This document shows positions 58,157-64,000 of a DNA stretch of 64,000 nucleotides, piece by piece. The stretch is from a bacterium. Lineage in GTDB: Bacteria > UBA8248 > JACPRG01 > G963555815. Every line of letters starts with the position of its first letter. Within the stretch, counting starts at the first letter, position 1. The stretch lies in assembly GCA_965261595.1 (NCBI GenBank), contig CBDHDG010000007.1:192001-256000 (forward strand), read 5' to 3'. Below the pieces are notes generated by a model. It was not told where the DNA came from. It saw nothing but the letters and a program-made list of their open reading frames with translations, and searched no databases. Position numbers and translations under genes: made by a program.

Positions 58157-58994
58157 TCATATCCTCAGGCACTGTGATCAGAAATTTCGAATCGAGCTTT
58201 CCACCCCGCACGAGCATCCGCTTGCCTTTACCCAAATCGATGCGTTCCCGCTTGATTTTGGACAGCCATCGGAATCCATGCCGCTCGGCGAACCACAGAA
58301 ACAGGCGCTTCACCTTGACGCTTCGGCAATCTTCCAGGAGTCTCTGCAACCGGCTCGGACGAAGCGTTCGCAGGCCCCCCATCAGCATCTCGGCCTGATG
58401 GAACGTCTCTTTCTGAGGGACTTCGTCCAGAAGCTCCAGAATGGCGCGCTCCGGAGTGGACAAGACCAAAAGCCAATCCCAGTGCCCCCATGCTTGGCGG
58501 GTCAAGCTGCCTTGTATGGATGCGTTGCTCGGGATGCTTTGAGCTTGAATGTTCCTATTCCCGCTACCCAGCGCCCAGCCAATCCGCTCCTCGCGGAACA
58601 GCTTTCGGGCGTTGTGGAAGACGAAGCGGATATCCAGCTTCAGCTTGTGCACCCAACTCGGCAGTGACCCATCGCCGTACAGGTGAACCTCTTGCATACC
58701 GCCAAGTGGCAAATAGTGAGCGAACCCCTGAAGTTCCAAAGCCGTGCGGCCACCGGCGATAACCGGCATTTTCAGAAGGGTTTGCACGGAAATGAGCACT
58801 TGCTGCCATTGCAACTTTCCGCTGGGCCGCCGGTATACCCCTCTGGCGGGCTGATCAAGCCAACCGGCGGAAACGTACTGGCTGCGGAGCGCGCTGGAAT
58901 AGCCTCTTTCCTTTAGCCAGGCGGCATCGGCCAACAGCCCTTCCGGGAGACTCTGCTGAAGCTGGTTTAGCTTTTGTCTGCGTTGCTCAGTCAT
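58143..58994 (-). CDS. abiEi: Type IV toxin-antitoxin antitoxin AbiEi
   Basis: KLNQL...LPEG, GGRTALELQG, STPERAILE, KVKRLFL and LGKGKR; overlaps the toxin start. Confidence 0.9.
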   Translation of the reverse strand: MTEQRRQKLNQLQQSLPEGLLADAAWLKERGYSSALRSQYVSAGWLDQPARGVYRRPSGKLQWQQVLISVQTLLKMPVIAGGRTALELQGFAHYLPLGGMQEVHLYGDGSLPSWVHKLKLDIRFVFHNARKLFREERIGWALGSGNRNIQAQSIPSNASIQGSLTRQAWGHWDWLLVLSTPERAILELLDEVPQKETFHQAEMLMGGLRTLRPSRLQRLLEDCRSVKVKRLFLWFAERHGFRWLSKIKRERIDLGKGKRMLVRGGKLDSKFLITVPEDMNDRG

Positions 58995-59001
58995 GCTAAG
59001 T

Positions 59002-59049
59002 AAAATAGCGCTTTTTCAAACCAAAGCAAGTTTGAAAATCGGCTATTTT
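59002..59049. promoter_or_regulatory. Inverted repeat, probable AbiEi autoregulatory operator
   Basis: AAAATAGC-N3-TTTTCAAAC-N8-GTTTGAAAA-N3-GCTATTTT immediately upstream of abiEi. Confidence 0.65.
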
Positions 59050-59246
59050 GACAAGCTAAGCTGTGCAAAACAGGGCGAGTTTAAACCAAATCTTGGGCAA
59101 CCCCTTCCTTCCCCAACACACCGGGGATATTTTGGATTGCCCCCCAACTGGTGAACAAGGACATAGGGGAATCACGGGGACACCTGATAATTTGAGTAAG
59201 GATCTCAGGGCAAAAAGGGCCGGCCACCGCCGGCCCCTTGGATTTA

Positions 59247-59324
<78 letters not shown>

Positions 59325-59750
59325 TGAATGCCGGACCGAGCCGCGCTCCGGCCCTCTCAATCTAAGCCGCCCGGCGCATGGGGGCAACTTCGACGATGGA
59401 TAACGGACACGGCTCGACAGCGGGACGCCATCCGGCAAGGTGCGCCGCGAACAGAGGATCCGACGTCCCGAAGAAAGCGGCCTTTCCTGAAAGACAAACA
59501 AATCCACCCCTGATCCCCTGAGATGAAATTCTCCCGGAGCCACATCGCCATTGAACCCAGCGGCCGGGTCATGTTGTGTTCCGCAATCGTTTCTGATATC
59601 TGTGTCCTTCAGAGGGTTTGCGATCCCCCACTTTTGAATTCACAACCGAAGATCTCACTGAAAAGTCGGGGGCGTGATGCCGGCGGCCCCGGGGTAGATC
59701 GCGCACGAGACCGGCCAAGTGGGTTCTTTTGCCGATGGAGGAGGTAAAAA

Positions 59751-60797
59751 ATGAAAAGAAGCCTGAACTGGAAATTCGCCGCCGCATTCTGCGCGTTCTT
59801 GATGCTCGGAGCGCTCTCCTCAGCGTCCCTTGCGGGCGCGGCCAAGTACGTGATCAAGTTCTCTCATGGCATGCCCATGAAGATGGCATCGGACCAGCAT
59901 GCCCTGGCGGTGGTGTTCAAGAACATCGTCGAGGCCGGCTCCAACGGCGAGATCGAGGTCCGCATCCTGGGCGCCAACACCGGCGGGAACGAGCGACAGC
60001 AGATAGAGCGCGTCCAGAACGGCATCAACCAGATGGCCAACGTGAGCGAGGGCACGCAGCCTTCGTTCTTCAAGCCCGCCCTGGTATTGGGGATGCCCTT
60101 CCTGTTCAGTTCCTCCGCGGTGGCGTGGGAGGTCCTGGACGGCCCCTTCGGGAAGAAGTACAACGAGGCGTTCCTCAAGGCCACCGGCATCCGAATCCTC
60201 GGTCACACCGAGAGCGGGTTTCGAAGCCTGTTCAACAGCAAGCGGCTCGTGAAGATGCCGGCGGACTTGAAGGGGCTCAAGATCCGCACCATGCAGAACC
60301 CCGCCCACATGGCCATGATGAAGGGCCTCGGGGCCAATCCCACTCCCATCGCCTGGACGGAGGTGTACACCTCTTTGCAGCAACGCGTCGTGGACGGGAT
60401 GGAGAACCCGCCGGGGTTGTTCTACTTGATGAAGTTCTATGAGCACCAAAAGTACCTCACGGTCGACCGGCACCTCTACAGCCTTCACACCACGATCATC
60501 AACGAGCGGTTCTTCCAGTCCCTGCCCAAGAAATATCAGGACTTGGTCACGGGGGCCGCCCGCACCGGGACGGTCGTCGGACGGGGGGTCGGCTACATCG
60601 CCGAGATGAGCGCCATCGGCAAGCTGAAGAAGAAGGGCATTCAGGTGTACGTTCCCAATGCCGAGGAGTACGAGCAGTTCCGCAAGCTGGGCCGTCCGCC
60701 CGCGGAGAAGTACATCAGGAGCAAGATTGGAGATGATTGGGTGGACGCAGCCTTAAAGGCCGTGGCGGAGGTGGAGGCCAAGGTCAGCGGCCGGTAA
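59751..60797 (+). CDS. dctP: TRAP transporter substrate-binding protein
   Basis: Signal peptide; GFR, DLKGLKIRT and EVYTSLQ..VVDGMEN. Confidence 0.93.
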   Translation: MKRSLNWKFAAAFCAFLMLGALSSASLAGAAKYVIKFSHGMPMKMASDQHALAVVFKNIVEAGSNGEIEVRILGANTGGNERQQIERVQNGINQMANVSEGTQPSFFKPALVLGMPFLFSSSAVAWEVLDGPFGKKYNEAFLKATGIRILGHTESGFRSLFNSKRLVKMPADLKGLKIRTMQNPAHMAMMKGLGANPTPIAWTEVYTSLQQRVVDGMENPPGLFYLMKFYEHQKYLTVDRHLYSLHTTIINERFFQSLPKKYQDLVTGAARTGTVVGRGVGYIAEMSAIGKLKKKGIQVYVPNAEEYEQFRKLGRPPAEKYIRSKIGDDWVDAALKAVAEVEAKVSGR

Positions 60798-60926
60798 ATC
60801 AGGTCGGTTTCTCGGACGGGAGAGGGGCCTGCGGCGTCGGGCCCCTCTTCTTGTCTCTTCGCCGACGGCGCCTCGCCCGTCGGGGTCGCGGATGGATCGA
60901 TCGCCGGGCCGGAGAGGCCTCGAGCC

Positions 60927-61421
60927 ATGTTCGAAAATATCGACTCGGCCATCTGCCGAATCACCGGCTTCCTCGTCATCATGTTGCTGGCCGCGATGAC
61001 GTTTTCCACGCTGCTCGGGGTCTTTTACCGTTACGTATTGAGCGATGCGCTGACGTGGCCGGAGGAGTTGGCGCGTTACGCCATGGTCTGGGTGACGGGC
61101 CTGGGTTCCAGCCTGGCCCTGCGCTACGGCGATCACGTCGCGGTCGAATTCTTCGTCCAGCGGCTGCCCGCCGCGTGGGGGCGCCGGGTCATCCTGGGGG
61201 GACGTCTCCTCGTTCTCCTTTTCCTGTTTCTGATGGTTTTTTTCGGTGCGGACATGACGGGACGGGTCTCTCACCAGGAGTCCGCGGCGATGGAGATATC
61301 CATGTCCATCCCCAACCTGGCGATCCCCGTGGGGGGCGCGCTGATGATTTACCACTTGCTGGTGCTGATGCTCGGACGCGGAGGCGGAACGTCGGATCGG
61401 CCTGAATTTCCGACGGCCTGA
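60927..61421 (+). CDS. dctQ: TRAP transporter small permease
   Basis: RY...W.EELARY and HVAV; four TM segments. Confidence 0.92.
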   Translation: MFENIDSAICRITGFLVIMLLAAMTFSTLLGVFYRYVLSDALTWPEELARYAMVWVTGLGSSLALRYGDHVAVEFFVQRLPAAWGRRVILGGRLLVLLFLFLMVFFGADMTGRVSHQESAAMEISMSIPNLAIPVGGALMIYHLLVLMLGRGGGTSDRPEFPTA

Positions 61422-61479
61422 GCCTCCGTGATGTCGTGCGGTGGACCCCATTGACACCCGGCGGAGAGGAGAACCCTGG

Positions 61480-62772
61480 ATGGTCGGCGGCGTCATGTTG
61501 CTCGTGATGTTGATCCTGCTGGCGGCCGGCGTGCCCGTTGTCTTCAGCATCGGTCTGGCGGCGGTCGGCGGGATCCTGGTCATCGGTCCGGGCGCCCCCT
61601 GGATCATGATCCCCAACAGCATGTTCAACGGGATGGACTCATTCCCGCTAATGGCGGTTCCGTTCTTCGTCCTGGCCGGCGAGCTCATGAATCGCGGGGG
61701 GATCACCCTGCGCCTGGTCCGGTTCGCCGGCGCGATCGTCGGCCGCATCCGGGGCGGGCTCGCCCATGCCAACATTGTCTCCAGCATGCTCTTCGCCGGG
61801 ATCACGGGCTCCGCCCTGGCCGACACGGCGGCCATCGGGTCCATCCTCATCCCCGCCATGAAAGAAGAGGGCTACGAGGCCGACTTCAGCGCGGCCGTGA
61901 CGGCCTCCTCCTCGCTCATCGGACCCATCATCCCCCCCAGCATCACGATGGTGATCTTGGGGGTCACCGCGGGCGTCTCCATCGGCGGGCTCTTCCTGGC
62001 GGGTGTCCTTCCCGGCATTCTCATCGGGTTCGGTTTGATGGGCGTGGCCTACTTCATCTCGCGGCGGCGCGGCTATGGGGGCCGGACGGAACGAATCACG
62101 GGGAGAGAGTTCCTGACGCGGCTGAAGGAGGCCCTGCTGGCGCTTTTGATGCCGGTGATCATTCTGGGCGGGATCTTCGGCGGGATCATGACGCCCACCG
62201 AGTCGGCGGCGGTGGCGGCGCTTTACGCCTTGCTCGTGGGAATGTTCGTCTTTCGGGAGCTGAAGGTCCAGGACTTGGGGGGAATTTTCCTTCGAAGCGG
62301 TCTCGTGACCGCCTTCATCATGCTCATCGTCGGCGTGGCCAGGATATTTTCCGACCTGTTGGCGTCCGAGCAGATCCCGCAGCAGCTCTCTCAGTCTCTC
62401 CTGTCCTTGACGCAAAGCCCGTGGCTGATCCTGCTTCTGATCAACGTCTTCCTGCTGTTCGTGGGCGCTGTCATGGACACGAGCGCGGCCATCATCATCC
62501 TGGTCCCCGTCCTGTTTCCCGTCGCCGTGAGTATCGGCGTGGATCCCCTGACTTTCGGGATCATCATGAGCATCAACCTGATCATCGGATTGGCGACGCC
62601 CCCGTTGGGGGTCTGTCTGTTCGTCGCGGCAGGGATTGCGAAGATCAGCGTGGAGCGGCTCGTTCTGGCCATCTGGCCGTTTCTCCTGGTCGAGATCGGC
62701 GTCCTCATTCTGATTACGTACGTTCCCGGCTTGGCGATGGCCGTGCCGAGGTTCTTCGGCTATGTCCCGTGA
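61480..62772 (+). CDS. dctM: TRAP transporter large permease
   Basis: AVPFFVLAG, GSALAD, IIPPSI, TPTES and TPPLG. Confidence 0.94.
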   Translation: MVGGVMLLVMLILLAAGVPVVFSIGLAAVGGILVIGPGAPWIMIPNSMFNGMDSFPLMAVPFFVLAGELMNRGGITLRLVRFAGAIVGRIRGGLAHANIVSSMLFAGITGSALADTAAIGSILIPAMKEEGYEADFSAAVTASSSLIGPIIPPSITMVILGVTAGVSIGGLFLAGVLPGILIGFGLMGVAYFISRRRGYGGRTERITGREFLTRLKEALLALLMPVIILGGIFGGIMTPTESAAVAALYALLVGMFVFRELKVQDLGGIFLRSGLVTAFIMLIVGVARIFSDLLASEQIPQQLSQSLLSLTQSPWLILLLINVFLLFVGAVMDTSAAIIILVPVLFPVAVSIGVDPLTFGIIMSINLIIGLATPPLGVCLFVAAGIAKISVERLVLAIWPFLLVEIGVLILITYVPGLAMAVPRFFGYVP

Positions 62773-62812
62773 CCGCCCAAGATAAAACCCCGCAATCCGG
62801 GAGCCCCTGAAC

Positions 62813-63973
62813 ATGACGCAAGCATTTGAGCTGCCGTTCCCGCTGGAAGAGTATCGGAACCGTCTCGGGAGGGTTCAGTCCGAGATGGCGTCCCGAGGCC
62901 TGGATCTGATGATGGTCCATACGCTGGAGAACACGTATTACCTGTCCGGGTATCGGACCATCGGTTACTACTCCTACATGGCCTTTCTCGTGCCGCCCGA
63001 GGGCGATCCCGTCCATCTGTCGCGCCTGATCGAAAAAAGCCCGCTTCAGGGAAGCTCCTGGGTTCCGCACTTGGAGTTCTATCCCGACACCGAGCATTAT
63101 CTCGACGCCACCCTCCGGGTGCTTCGCGAGCGGGGTTGGGACCGCGGGCGCATCGGGATCGACAAAAGCGCTTGGTATCTGACGATTGCCGATTACGAGG
63201 CCTTGAAGGACCGGCTGCCCGACGTGGAGTGGGTGGACACCTCGCTGCTGATCGAGGACATGCGCCTCATCAAGTCCCCGGCCGAACAGGAATACAGCCG
63301 GCGGGCGGGCCGGGCCGCTTCCACCGGCATGCGGCACGCCCTGGCCGCGCTCCGGGGCGGCGTGACGGAGGACGACCTGATGGCGGCGGCCTACCAGGGC
63401 CTCTTCAGCAAAGGGAGCGAATACCCGGGCCTCCCGCCCCTCATCAACGCGGGCGTCCGCCACACCATGGCGCACGCCATGGCCGAAGGGAACCCCGTGA
63501 GAGCGGGCAACGCGGTGTACTTCGAGGTGGGGGCCAGCATCAAGCGGTATCACGCCGCCACGATGCGCATCGGGTTCATCGGGAACCCGCCGAAACTCTT
63601 CTACGACCTGTTCGACTTGTGCCGCCGCTCGCTGGACGCGGGGCTGGCCAAGATGAAGCCCGGCGTTCCGGCCGAGGAGGTGGACCACGCGGCCCGCAAG
63701 GTCATCGACGACGCCGGGTACGGCGACAAGTTCAGGCACAAGGCAGGCTATTCCATCGGGATCGCGCTTCCGCCGGACTGGAGCGAGGCGCGGACGATGA
63801 TGCTCCGCGGCGGCGAGAAGCGCACCCTCCAGCCGGGAATGGTTTTTCATCTCCTCCCGGCGGTCTTCGAGTACAAAGAGTACGGTGTGGGCCTCAGCGA
63901 GACCGTCTTGATCACGGATGACGGACACGAAATCCTGACCGATTGCGTGCCGGAACTTCACGTCGTGAAGTGA
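62813..63973 (+). CDS. M24-fold hydrolase, EutD/DoeA (ectoine hydrolase) or creatinase-like
   Basis: EEY..RL...M, R.IKS.AE, FE.G...RYH and GYSIG...PPDW; canonical metal ligands are partly replaced. Confidence 0.75.
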   Translation: MTQAFELPFPLEEYRNRLGRVQSEMASRGLDLMMVHTLENTYYLSGYRTIGYYSYMAFLVPPEGDPVHLSRLIEKSPLQGSSWVPHLEFYPDTEHYLDATLRVLRERGWDRGRIGIDKSAWYLTIADYEALKDRLPDVEWVDTSLLIEDMRLIKSPAEQEYSRRAGRAASTGMRHALAALRGGVTEDDLMAAAYQGLFSKGSEYPGLPPLINAGVRHTMAHAMAEGNPVRAGNAVYFEVGASIKRYHAATMRIGFIGNPPKLFYDLFDLCRRSLDAGLAKMKPGVPAEEVDHAARKVIDDAGYGDKFRHKAGYSIGIALPPDWSEARTMMLRGGEKRTLQPGMVFHLLPAVFEYKEYGVGLSETVLITDDGHEILTDCVPELHVVK

Positions 63974-64000
63974 AAGCCATTTTGCCTATCACTCAAATCG

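Overview
High-GC bacterial chromosome segment. It is probably from a diderm, and the gene order resembles Deltaproteobacteria- or Nitrospinota-like lineages, but taxonomy cannot be fixed from sequence alone. Most of it is housekeeping: split transketolase, chdC, gpsA, rtcB-archease, groESL with a CIRCE box, purD, hrcA-grpE-dnaJ-prmA-rsmE, tmk-holB-ricT-metG-tatD/rSAM, ymdB-rny-ygfA-6S RNA-zapA, pheST, thrS-infC-rpmI-rplT, tig-clpPX-lon and seven tRNAs. It ends in a catabolic region (ThDP decarboxylase pair, triple-RidA protein, TRAP transporter, EutD-like hydrolase) interrupted by a decayed AbiE module at tRNA-Pro. The most striking signal is a family of three AT-rich, transposase-free cargo elements at 24309-25623, 27749-28656 and 42873-43779. 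They have homologous terminal inverted repeats, 8-bp target duplications and IS1595-like CG ends, and every end carries a pair of NrdR-box-like palindromes. The two near-identical copies sit in the same 13-bp target. The third carries two paralogous unknown proteins plus a small ORF, separated by a repeated covarying hairpin module whose UUCCAU is complementary to the downstream start codon. All calls come from reading the sequence; no database searches were run.
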